Shown here: positions 25,039 to 37,932 of the stretch, piece after piece
Numbering within the stretch: the first letter of the stretch is position 1
How the letters are laid out: the number at the start of each line of letters is the position of its first letter
Origin: Octopus sinensis
Lineage: Eukaryota
Direction: 5' to 3'
DNA: 64,000 nt
Assembly: GCF_006345805.1 (NCBI RefSeq)
Contig: NC_043000.1
Coordinates: forward strand, 41,168,001-41,232,000
The notes under the pieces: model-generated
Seen by the model: only the letters and a program-made list of their open reading frames with translations
Database searches by the model: none
What the model was told of the DNA's origin: nothing
Position numbers and translations under genes: made by a program

Positions 25039-25649
25039 CGCACACAGACACACACACGCACACACACACACACACATATATACGTGTGTATCTTGCTTTA
25101 CGTACGAGTCTATGCACCTATTCATCTATGCTATGTACGTATATTTATGTATATATACACGTGTTTACCGGCCTATACGAGTTCTTATACATATATATGT
25201 ACAGTATATATTCGTATATACGTATGCGTATGCGCATGTATCTAGTTGTGTGTATATGCCCATATACTTGGATGTGCGTGTGTGAGAGCGTATACATATG
25301 TGTATACATATGTGCATATATATATATATAGACATATATATATACATATGTATATCTATCTATCTATCTACCCATATATATATATATATATATATATATG
25401 TTTGTATGTATGTATGTATGTATGTATATATATATATATATCTGTATGCATCTAATCACTAGCACAAAAAGAATTTTCATCTAAGTATTAAGTCATTTTC
25501 TCTAAACTAGAATGTATACTTTCCACGTTCATATTTGAATTTTTTGCCTTTCAATTAATTTTCTCTGATTTTACTCATTCTTGAATTCGATGGACATATA
25601 GCTGTACATAAGCCGACTCAAAAAATCTCTAGTGAGACTTTTTATTGAT

Positions 25650-25691
25650 GTACTTGAAGAGACCCAGAACAGGTCGAAACGTGTGTTGTAC
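25650..25691 (+). ncRNA. Minimal type I hammerhead-like motif with C3U substitution
   Basis: GTAC-TTGAAGA-GACC cagaaca GGTC-GAAAC-gtgt-GTT-GTAC, followed immediately by aataaagtatg. Confidence 0.5.
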
Positions 25692-25745
25692 CCAATAAAG
25701 TATGTTACACATTTCAACTCTTATTTTATTAATACTATATGTATG

Positions 25746-25793
<48 letters not shown>

Positions 25794-25837
25794 CGTGCAT
25801 GTGTGTGTGTGTGTGTATATACATATATATATATTCA

Positions 25838-26232
25838 GGCGCAGGAGTGCCTGCGTGGTAAGAAGCTTGCTTCCCAACCACCTGATTCCGAGTTCAGTTC
25901 CACTGCGTAGTATCTTGCGTAACTGTCTTCCACTATGGCCTTGGATCGATCGAAGCCTTGTGAGTGGATTTGGTAGACGGAAACCGAAAGAAGCCCGTCG
26001 TATATATGTGCATGTGTGTGTATTTGTGTGTGTGTGTGTGTGTGTGTCTTTATGTCTCTGTTTGTTCCCCTCATCACCATTTGACAACCAGCGTTGGTGT
26101 GTTTACGTCTCCGTCACTTAATGGAGTGATAGATTAAGTATTAGGCTTTAAAAAGTCTATTTGTTCGACTAAAACCTTCAAGGCGGTGCTCCAGCATGGC
26201 TTCTGTTAAATGCCTGAAACAAGTAAAAGAAT
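25838..26232 (+). mobile_element. SINE family A, near full length
   Basis: ggcgcaggagtgc head to aaatgcctgaaacaagtaaaagaataaaa tail; lacks the gcggttcggcaaaagagacc segment. Confidence 0.85.
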
Positions 26233-26294
26233 AAAAACATATTATACATATGTATATATTTTTTGATTACATCCATGCATACATGCATACGGAC

Positions 26295-26361
<67 letters not shown>

Positions 26362-26381
26362 GTGAGAGATGAAACAGATGT

Positions 26382-26450
<69 letters not shown>

Positions 26451-26455
26451 GGATG

Positions 26456-26498
<43 letters not shown>

Positions 26499-26507
26499 GG
26501 ATGGATG

Positions 26508-26550
<43 letters not shown>

Positions 26551-26551
26551 T

Positions 26552-26620
<69 letters not shown>

Positions 26621-26642
26621 ATGAATAGATAGATAGATAGAT
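26295..26642. repeat. (GATA)n microsatellite, ~350 bp
   Basis: Direct tandem repeat with GGAT variants. Confidence 0.95.
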
Positions 26643-26770
26643 TTATATGTATGCATATATGTATGCATATATACAGACATAGAGGAACGGTAAGAGATCA
26701 AATAAATTGTTCTAATTTGTTGACCAATACGGAAGACTATGGCGTTGCCATGTTTACATTACCCAAACTC

Positions 26771-26822
<52 letters not shown>

Positions 26823-27489
26823 TGTGTATGTGTACGTACGCGCGCGCGAGGATATGTTTCCGTCAGCGCTTGTTTTTATGTGAAAGCAAAATGTCATCGT
26901 AATAGAAAGCAGACACATCAAATTAAAGTGTAGACAGACTTCAAAAAAATAAAGGTTGACATATATTTTGAGCAAACAATGTGCAGTTGGTCTGTGGCGG
27001 GTACATATATACTTATTTACATGCACATGCAGCTGTATATATACATACGCATAAATACTCACATAGTTTATACGGGCACACACATACACACATACAGGCA
27101 TATACGTATATATATATACTTTTATATATATATAAGGATGTATTATAATACTATTCCACATATACAAAACAGCCATACCAACAATCCAACATACCTCCAT
27201 CATCAGCTGCCTCACGGATACCATTATGGTTTCAACACCTGGGTAGTACCATTCAATCCGGCGGTGTCAACAGCACTAAAATAAGTGTTGTTTGGGAATA
27301 AACAAACCAAAGAAGCTACAACTATCAAACACATTTACCCTATGTACAACCGTATCGGTAAATAAATTCAATAAGTAAATTACAACCAACTCGTAAATAG
27401 ATAGGTAAGCAACGACGTCTTTTACTGTTTTACTCAGCCATGCTGTTGTGGTCATGCTGGAGCACCACCGTAGTCCTTCCGATTTTCTC

Positions 27490-27960
27490 ACTCTAGAGTG
27501 GTGATGTGATTTTTCACATCACCACTCTTGTATGTACCTCCGTCCAAGCTGTTGGCCCATTTGATTCCGCTGTTCTCGTCTGCCCTTCATGTCGGGCTGA
27601 TGTTTCATCCAGTATTGTGGGGAGGAGGAGGAGAAGGACTGGTTCATTTTTGAAGACATCTACTTCCACCTTATGCAGATTTCTTAATTTTTGTGGCATA
27701 GCGTTGAAGAGCTGTGGGCCTTTGAACACTAGACTATTTCAGTACCTGGTCCTGAATTTAGATGCAGCAGATGCTACCTTTGGTACAATATAATGGCAAC
27801 CAGTTTTGGCATTTGAATAACACTCAATGCCGAAATTAGGTACATGCCCTTCTAGAGTTTTTCCTGTGTAGATTATTGCATATCTCTCACGCCTTCGCTC
27901 CAGGAAGTGAAGTTGCAGTTTTCTAAGCCTATCACTGTAGCTTATCTGCTGCACTATTTC
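27490..27960 (-). mobile_element. CR1-clade LINE 3' fragment
   Basis: YSDRLRKLQLHFLERRRERYAIIY and FKGPQLFNAMPQKLRNLHKVEVDVFK, typical CR1 ORF2 C-terminus. Confidence 0.8.
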
Positions 27961-28002
27961 AGTCTTTTTAGTGTAGTGTATATATATTTGTATATATATA
28001 TT

Positions 28003-28037
<35 letters not shown>

Positions 28038-29246
28038 TAGAGAAAAAGTACTATTATACAATTCAAACAATGATAGACATAAGCCAAATCTTAAATAAAA
28101 AATAAAATATATTTTTATAAAACATAACTAGATCACAAAAAGTATAAAAATGAATAATCAATATATAAGTAAAAACAACTACGTATGTGTCATGGCCATA
28201 TATATATATATAACACAGATTCATACACTACTTCTCAGCCTATTTTCTTTCATGTACACTCATACATATGGAAAGTTGAAAATACAAATAAATAAATTAG
28301 AAGTATCAAATTTCTAAATATCTCAGAGAGAATAAGCAGTGGTGGAACGATAGAGCAAATAAATAAAGTAATATCTAATATCTAAGAATCCAAAATATAA
28401 AATGGCCGTAGAAGTAGACGCAAAATCTAAATTACTGAAAATTTTTATGTTTTATATTAAATTTTGTGCTCATAAATAGTCCTGCATGTGTAGAGCAAAG
28501 ATTTATGTTGGTTAAGAGCGAGGGATAAGAAACTAACTGCATTTATGATAGATTTGACTTTCAGTGTTTAATCGGAAGATGAATTGTACTGGTTTTCTGG
28601 TATTAAGAAACCGTCGTCTCTATAGAAATCACTAACTCTTTAGAGATATTTGACATCGAAAATATAGTCGTCGAAAACCATACACATATCGGTAGAAGCA
28701 TACAACTGGCTGCAATGGGGTGGGGATTTGTCAGGCGAACGAAGTTGCAAGAGAAGAAATGAAAAACTTCAATAATTTTTCATTGATATGAAATTGAATT
28801 CGTTGATCATAAGATATTTCAATCTTTGAGATCAAAGTATATCAAAGGGGGCATGAGGGAAACCATTCTATGTTAAGGCTGATTTTATGTAGCATATGAT
28901 TTTTTTGCAATTTTATTGTTTACTTTGATAGGGTTCGTGACACTTGTAGCCATTGTAAGTGAAGTGCGAACTTTTCTACACTATCATCTATGTCCATCTC
29001 CTCTGATACATATGATTGAAATATGTGTGTATCTACGTAGATACATATATACATAAATCTATATATACACACATAAGTAAAGAGGCATATATATATATAT
29101 ATATATATTCACATTCATAAACATTAATAAATTAAGGCAGTGAGTGAAAACTACTTGATAAACACATTAGTTTTGGATGAAGACTTTACAAATGAACAGA
29201 CAATAATTATACGCTTCATATACAGCCGTCAAATACTTAACATCGC

Positions 29247-29289
<43 letters not shown>

Positions 29290-29434
29290 ACACACACACA
29301 CACACACACATACAGACACACACGCACACACATACTTCGAAATATATCTTTGTACCTATACATATGTATACATTTATATATGTACATGTATGTGTGCATG
29401 TATATATGTGTGTATGTGTATATGTATATATATA

Positions 29435-29474
<40 letters not shown>

Positions 29475-30154
29475 TATGTACACATATATACACATATATG
29501 GACGCATGTATCTTTTTATCTATAGCTCTATATACACGGATATAGTGTTAGAGTGTGCTTCATTGCGTGTCGTGTATATGTATGTATGTATGTGTGTGTA
29601 TATATTTATATGTGCGTGCGTGCATGTGTGGAGTTTATGTGTGTCTGTCTATGTATGTATGTATGTGTGTATATATATATATATATATTCATACACATAA
29701 GCGTCGCCCAGTCAAGCACAATCTAACATCACAGCCGTACACATATAAACTTATATTCACAATAGACGCATGCTTGCACACATACATATATTCAAAATAT
29801 CTATTTAGACATTATTCACTGCTTAACCACACCTCCACATCTATATCCATATACAACTCAATTAGAGCATGGTTAATAGATGTATATAGACACACTTCGA
29901 GTATATACATTTTCTCTTTTTATTCTTTAGTTTCAATTTTTTTCTGTCCTTAATTGGTTTTATTACTGCTACTACTGCTGCCTCTGGTGGTGTAAAATTT
30001 GTTGAAAGTACTTTAATGGCTTCTATTGAAAAAGAAGATATAACACATTTTATTATCGATAATGATTCGAATGATGACGTCGGTGATAATGCTGACGACG
30101 ACGACAACGGTGAAGATGACAATACTTCATCCTATATATATACTGCATCCTGTG

Positions 30155-30203
<49 letters not shown>

Positions 30204-31242
30204 GTGTATGTATATATATATATGTATATATATGTGTGTGTGTGTGTGTGTATATGTGTATATATATACATATACATTTATGTATAAATGTATATAGAAG
30301 TATTATATATATGTATATGCATCTATGTATAAACATATATATATATATAGATGTATATATATATATATATACATATATGCACCTATATATATACATATAT
30401 ATATACACATCAATATATATATACATACATATATATATACATCTATATATATATATGTATATATATACATATATATATACAATTATATATACACATCTAT
30501 ATATATATATACCTATACATATATACATATGTATGTATGAGGGCTTATTTATTAATGTTATGTATATGCGTATATCTGTGGAGGACAGTTAAAAAATATC
30601 TATATGCACATACTAGTGTGTGTGTGTGTGTGTGTGGTGTGTGTGTGTGTGTGCGTGCGTGAGTGTGTGCATATATGCATTCATATATATAGATATATAA
30701 ATAAATACATTATATACATTCATATATATATATATGTGTGTGTGTATACATATATATATACACACACACACACATACGCCATTACACTCAAACATACATA
30801 TATCTTTATATGTGTGTGTGTGTTTGTATGTATTCTCACATGAAATTGAATGTAATCAAACACGGCAGGTGCAAGGATCTTGTGTCAACTGAACTGTTTA
30901 CCTACGATAATAATGCTCTTTATTCGGCACTCACCTTCTCTCAATAGCCACACTTTTTTTTTTACAGGTGCGGTATACTGAGACAAAAAGTGAGCTCTCA
31001 CTTACTTAGTCTCTCTCTATCTTTCCGACTTCTCTTCTCGTCTTTCATTCACTTTTCTTTCTGTCTCCCTCTCTCTGCTTTCTCCTTTTTGTTTCGTTAT
31101 TTCTGACTGTACTCTATGTCTCTCTGTCTTTCCGACGATGTGATGGTCTACCGGTCTGACTCGTTGCCTCTCTCTTATCTAATCATACTTTATCATCTTA
31201 GGAATTAAATAATCTTTGTGTGTAAGGCAATATACATTCAAG

Positions 31243-31296
<54 letters not shown>

Positions 31297-31324
31297 GTGT
31301 TTATGTATGTATATATATGTGTGC

Positions 31325-31372
<48 letters not shown>

Positions 31373-31464
31373 CATATATATATATACATATATTTATATA
31401 TATATTCATGTATGCATATATATACTTACATATATACATATATATGTATATACGTATATATACA

Positions 31465-31500
<36 letters not shown>

Positions 31501-31578
31501 CATATATATACCTATATATACACATATCTCTCTACATATATGTGTGTGTGTGAATATATGTACGTATGTATATACATA

Positions 31579-31613
<35 letters not shown>

Positions 31614-31719
31614 ACATTTATACATGTATATATACACATATACATGTGTATATACTTATATGCATACATACCCATATTCATACATATATACATACGCACG
31701 CATACATATATGTTTGTAG

Positions 31720-31873
31720 TCGCAGGTGTGGCATTGTGGTAAGAAGCTGGCTTCCCAACCACATGGTTTCGGTTTCAGTCTCACTGCGAGGCATTTTGCG
31801 TAGGTGTTTTCTACTAGGCGAACCGGAGCCTCGTGAATGGATTTGGTAGACGGAAGCTGAAAGAAGCCCGTCG
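31720..31873 (+). mobile_element. SINE family A, 5' half
   Basis: Degenerate head through atttggtagacggaagctgaaagaagcccgtcg, ending in (TA)n. Confidence 0.8.
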
Positions 31874-31893
31874 TATATATATATATATATATA

Positions 31894-31932
<39 letters not shown>

Positions 31933-31934
<2 letters not shown>

Positions 31935-33471
31935 GGCCATGGGCTAGTGGGGGTCATGGTTCTCTCCGCCCCTTGTGATTTACTTTAAAGGGTATTTTCA
32001 CTTCATAAAATCTAAGCAATTCGCTCTCACAGCACTGACCCAATGTAGATACGTCCTCGGGCAACCTGTTCGACGAAGCAACTTCCAGACCAGGATATGG
32101 AAGCTCGCGAACATTACAAAGTCTTTAGTGCATCGACCAGAAGTATATGGATGGACAATGGAATCATGAAGCCGAAGTGGACAGAGGGTAAAGTGATGCC
32201 CTGTCTGTTGATGGATATTTTGGAAGAACATGAGGATGAAACTTGCGTATCAGATTCTGACCCTGATAGTGATAATGAATTTAGTGAAAGTGATTTTCTG
32301 GCTAGAGTAAGATCGGACAGTAATACTGAAAGTGATGGTGATGATTATTAATCATCTTGAAATGACTCATGAATGTAACCGATGGTTCACAAATAATGTT
32401 GTCATCTTTGACAATTATATGGAGTATGTGGATGGGACGAACCCCAATGTATTACAAAATTAATGAAACTAAGAACAAATAAAACTATCGGGAAAATAAG
32501 ATACAACCAGATAAGAATTAGGATGAAAGCTTAATGGAAATGTGTTAGTTTAAATGATTGGAAGGGTGCTCAGCTGAGATTTCTGACTCAACTTTAAAGC
32601 AGACTCGTACATCCATTGTTTTAATTCTGTGTATATACCTACCAAGAAATAACACTTGAAATGGATTATACAAGCCGGCATTTTTTCAATATTAAAATTA
32701 TATGGCGCATTTCATAACGAGAATGTATAACAAACTGTTATGGTTTAGGTAGGATCAACTTTTGTTTACTTTTAACATCAACAACCACTTTGATGAAAAT
32801 ATTTGCATAATTTGATGTTTCATTTCATAGATCAACTCAAATATTTTATAGATCAACGCATCTTCTGTAATTATTTGCAATGGTCCAAGGTAAGATTCCA
32901 AAGTACCACTTGCTAGATTTTATCTTACCTTTATTCGACCCTTCAGCAATTCGTACAAAACAGTATATGCTGAAATATCTCACATTCCACGGGCTAAAAA
33001 CTACTTCGTTTCAACTTTTTTTTTACTTCTAGTATTAAAAAGCACATGTAAACCTTTGTTTAATTTTCAATAAAAAGAAAGAAACGTTATATGTTCTTGG
33101 TGATAAATGAAAACTGTGAATGCGAGATATTATAGGTAAAGGTTCGTGACCTTTTGACTTTTGGTAACCTTTTCACAGAGTAAATTTACCTATCATTTGC
33201 ATGAACTTGTGGATCTTGATGAGACAATCATTTCAATGGGTCATTTGAAATATTTTGTTGAAGAGCGTGTAAAGTTAGAGCCGCTTGAATTTCCATACCC
33301 CTAATTTCCTACCTCCAGCTCTAAAAGTGGGCGTGGTATCTCCGTCACAGTTTTGTTTTTTCTGTTGGCAACATCAATTTTCTGCCATATTAGACTCAGG
33401 GCTACATGAAAATGCCCATTAAAGTAAATCACAAGCGGTGTACACCATAACTCCCACTAGCCCATAGCCTA
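31933..33471 (+). mobile_element. Non-autonomous TIR DNA transposon, Academ-like, retaining the transposase-protein C-terminus
   Basis: ~28-bp TIRs (taggccatgggctagtgggggtcatggt and taggctatgggctagtgggagttatggt), flanking acata duplication; decayed RRSNFQTRIWKLAN...PEVYGW...KPKWTEGKVMPCLLMDIL plus acidic tail. Superfamily is inferred from recalled motifs and TAG termini. Confidence 0.6.
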
Positions 33472-33498
33472 ACATATATATATATATATAGCTTGGAT

Positions 33499-33563
<65 letters not shown>

Positions 33564-33990
33564 AAGCTTGGATTTTCGTAAAAAGAAATCAACTAACTGA
33601 TTCGCACATTACAAATACAATCTGTAAGCGAAACAGTAAAATTATACAAGACATTTCTCAAGTTTAAAATGTGATCTTATTTTCGTTATATACATTCCAA
33701 CGATGGAACTTTGTATCGTTGTTAGGAACAAGCTCCTTCAGAGGCAGAATTTAAATGATTAAATACAGAAGAGACATACATACATGCATACATACATACA
33801 TACATACATACATACATACATACATACATGCATGCATGCATGCATATGCATATATAGATACAAGCATCCATGAATGCATACATACATTCAGACATACATA
33901 TATGAATTCATACGTACATACAGACAGACATTTGGCTGTCAAATCGTAGACGAGTATGACCATCACTGACAAATTATCTTATCCTACATG
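33564..33990 (+). repeat. Direct duplicate of 34994-35528 (R4-like 3' end, CATA tail and downstream flank)
   Basis: Near-identical sequence from aagcttggattttc to cactgacaaattatct; differs mainly in (CATA)n length. Confidence 0.9.
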
Positions 33991-34006
33991 ATGAGATAAT
34001 ACACAT

Positions 34007-34039
<33 letters not shown>

Positions 34040-34051
<12 letters not shown>

Positions 34052-35205
34052 TGCACTCCTTAGACATTAAAACTCGCATGATTCTAACATCATCTGGAAA
34101 TCTTCACTAAAATAGTGATATCGACAAGCTCTACATAAGGTAGGGGATTGAGATAAGTTCATACAGCCTTTGAATGTCGCATAGTCTCTCTCAACAGCAG
34201 CAAAAATAAATACATTAACTTAGTGCTGAAAAGTGAAGAAAAAGAGAGTACTTACTGATGACCTCCCAAACAACCCCAAATCCGCTGAACTTGCATACCT
34301 CAAATAAGACCTGGAGGTGAAACAGTCAGCATACCAATAAAAAGATCATGCATGGGTAAGTTTTCCAAAGAAAATAGTAACATTGGCATGAAGTGAAGCC
34401 TCTCTTGGACTCGTGGCGGATTCATTACGTCACACTTCGAAGGCTATGCATTTACAATCCAAAGACGAGAGATTGCAACTAAATACCTAATCAACAAAAG
34501 AGACAGTGGAGCCCTTGGTGTTCCAAAATACGACGGTAAATGTAAGTCATGTTATATTGGAAGACATTACACATGTAATTAGCAGCGTCCCAAAAATGTC
34601 ACCAAAGTTCTATCGCCTTATGCGACATGATGTTGTCGCAATATACAATGCCGTTCAGAAAAAAGACAGTCCTAGAATAAATATGTTATTGAATACTTTC
34701 ACTAATATCAACACAACGAATGCCGGTGGAACATTCCCATCAAAACATCTGTCAAGTGTAAGCATAACAGGCTGGATATCTTTGTTTGAGACGGACAAGT
34801 TTAAGTATGTACTGTCATAGAGGTGAGCTGTCCTGATGATGTTAATATCTTGAAAATCGAAGAGAAAGAAGATAGTTATGGACAACTGCTTCGAAACCTC
34901 CATTTGCTATATCCGGATTAAAAATTTACATATATACCAATAATAATTGGAGCCCTTGGTTTTGTAGGTAAATACCTAATTTTCAGTCAGGATAAGCTTG
35001 GATTTTCATAAAAAGAAATCAACTAACTGATTCGCACATTACAAATACAATCTGTAAGCGAAACAGTAAAATTATACAAGACTTTTCTCAAGTTTAAAAT
35101 GTGATCTTATTTTCGTTATATACATTCCAACGATGGAATTTTGTATCGTTGTTAGGAACAAGCTCCTTCAGAGGCAGAATTTAAATGATTAAATACAGAA
35201 GAGAC
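34040..35205 (+). mobile_element. R4-clade-like non-LTR retrotransposon 3' part (CCHC knuckle and restriction-like endonuclease), decayed
   Basis: FEGYAFTIQ...KCKSC...EDITHVISSVPKM...MRHDVV, then KHNRLDI...VIEVSCPDDVNI...EKEDSYGQLLRNL...IPIIIGALG; ends in (CATA)n. Confidence 0.8.
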
Positions 35206-35334
35206 ATACATACATGCATACATACATACATACATACATACATACATACATACATACATACATACATACATACATACATACATACATACATACATACATA
35301 CATACATACATACATACATACATACATACATACA

Positions 35335-35368
<34 letters not shown>

Positions 35369-36144
35369 CATACATGCATGCATATGCATATATAGATACA
35401 AGCATCCATGAATGCATTCATACATTCAGACATACATATATGAATACATACGTACATACAGACAGACATTTGGCTGTCAAATCGTAGACGAGTATGACCA
35501 TCACTGACAAATTATCTCATCCTAGATGTTTAAAAAAATGGTTATCAGCAATGCCTGTGGTGAAATATAAAGTCAATAACAGCCTTCACAACATCGCTAA
35601 GACTCTCACCTACAAAGCCAAGTAGTCCAGAAACAGGCAACGACAAGTTTTCCGATCTCCGATTTTCGAGAGATGTCTAACCAAAGACTAACAGTCGCTT
35701 ATTTCCAGCAACTGGGTGGCCGTTAACTCTGCTAATATCATCCGTCTTCGACAGGTTATGATTGTCGACCTACAGGCTATCCAATGAAAGCCACCCTTCT
35801 TACGAAGCAAGCTTAATATGTTTGGTGGTTTAGTCGCAGACGGCCCAGTCACGCGACAATTTTTACTAGGTTTCATACATACATACATGCATAGGTACGT
35901 ACACATATGTATGAGTGGGTGTGTCAGTGTGTGCGCCCTCGTGTGTGCCTACGTAGATACATATGTGAATCGGCACATTTATCTAAGTTATCAACCAACC
36001 GTCAGCCAGAGAATTGCCTAAAACCCGAGCGGTTAGATAGAATCTGCTACTGTTATTGAGAAGGAATCTTTTTAAACATATAGGTATTAGGCAGGTTTGT
36101 TTTACTCGCTCTTTGCCTCTATCTCGCATTCTTTACACACACAA

Positions 36145-36175
<31 letters not shown>

Positions 36176-36821
36176 CACACACACACACACACATATATAT
36201 ATATTTGTCTATAAGCCATGCGATGACAGACATACACTCTGCAATCTAGTGAATGTGTAGGGATGTGTCCGGGTGTATTCATGTGTGTGTGCATGTGTGT
36301 GTGGGTTTTTATGTGGACGTGTGGGTTTAGGGTTGGATGTGGATGTGTATATTTTTCTTGTGCGGTGTGGTGGAGGTCGGGCGGCCCTTAATGGACCAAC
36401 CATGAGGAAGACAATGATAATTTAAATTCAAATCCAATAGTGTATTTATGTCATAAATAAAATTACTAACTGGAACCCGGACATACATATGTGCCACTTC
36501 GAATCCTAATGTAAGCGTTATTAATAATATTATGAATGATAATAATGGTAGCATTAATGGTATTGTCAACGATAATGATGCTAACTTTAATAACACTTTG
36601 GAAATTAGTAGGAAGTAATATAATATACTATTGACTATGTATATTTGCATCTAGGTACTAATATGTGTATGTTTATTATCACAATATTAAGTTGAAAACC
36701 TGAAACATTGAATGTGGAACATATATATGTTTACTAATTTATATTATTTATTTACATTATTATGTATATGAATATTTTTATATGTATAGGAGTGTGAGTA
36801 TATGCACTCATATGTATATGT

Positions 36822-36952
36822 ATATCTCCGAAGAGGCCTTATGATATTTTTGTAAATGTCTGATTTATATCTATATATTGACCTACCATAAAAGACTAAT
36901 ATTGGTAAAATGAGACATACTTATCTACATGGCCGAAACAGCTGTAAGATGT
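36822..36952 (+). ncRNA. Type I hammerhead-like motif with 92-nt loop II, in a probable PLE 3'/pLTR remnant
   Basis: ATATCT-CCGAAGA-GGCC [36839-36930] GGCC-GAAAC-AGCT-GTA-AGATGT; stem I 6-7 bp, palindromic stem III ACAGCTGT, U4C variant. Confidence 0.55.
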
Positions 36953-37369
36953 AATCTATACTTATATTTATATTTACTTATATGTATTTTCTCTTTTTTA
37001 TATATATTCTACTTATTATACAACATCACTCTTTTATGTACACTTTTTATGTATATTCCTTTATGTACACTGATTTGTTCAGCTTTTTTATGTTTAACCC
37101 TACAGTCTCTTATGTGGTGGTTTAATAAAGTATGTGATTGAGTATTATCTGGGAATTGATATTTGATTTAGATGTATTTCTCCATTTTCTTATCTTGTAT
37201 TAGTAATTTGTGGTAAATCATTTTACCTTTGCCCATATAATACAGTAAAGGAATTGATTGCATCGCAATCCTTAACATTTATGTATTAACTTTGTTGGGT
37301 ACTTCACTAGCAGTATATTGGATATATGTTATCCCATGGAGGGTTGCATTTACAACCCCTCTCTCAATT

Positions 37370-37434
<65 letters not shown>

Positions 37435-37499
37435 TGAGAGAGAGAGAGAGAGAGAGAGAACAAAGTGCACGTAAGCCGCTATATATATATATATACATA

Positions 37500-37650
37500 A
37501 AATAAATACAAAATGAAACAAGAACGCAAACATCCGGACAACTAAGTGATACAAAAAGGCACTACAAAAAATTCAGATAGACGATACAAAAAACAAGGAC
37601 GGGTCATTCGAAGCATTTTATCTTCATTCAAGAACCCGATCATTCTCGCA
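37500..37650. repeat. Interspersed repeat adjacent to (TA)n, second copy at 62315-62520
   Basis: acaagaacgcaaacatccggacaacta...agatagacgatacaaaaaa...caaggacgggtcattcgaagc occurs in both places. Confidence 0.75.
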
Positions 37651-37932
37651 AAAGAAAAACGAACCAAGATTCAACCAAATCAAAAAATAAACCCCAAAGC
37701 TAAGCGAACAAAGATAAACTAACCCACATCCATTACGCGCACACGCGCACACGCGCACACACGCACTCGCACACACACACATTCACATACCAACTTTTAC
37801 ATACACACACATATATTCACACAGAGTTGAAAAGCTGTTTAATTTATTTTTCAGCGTATAAATTTCACAATCCCACTACCAAATATGACATTACTCCTTC
37901 CTCATTCATCTATCACCCCATGTAACACAATC

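Noticed and set aside
29960-30140. Acidic ORF segment ([22 protein letters not shown]) as a possible exon
   Set aside because: Explained by decayed (GAT/GAC)n and (CTA/CTG)n repeats running into microsatellite; no splice support or homology recognised.
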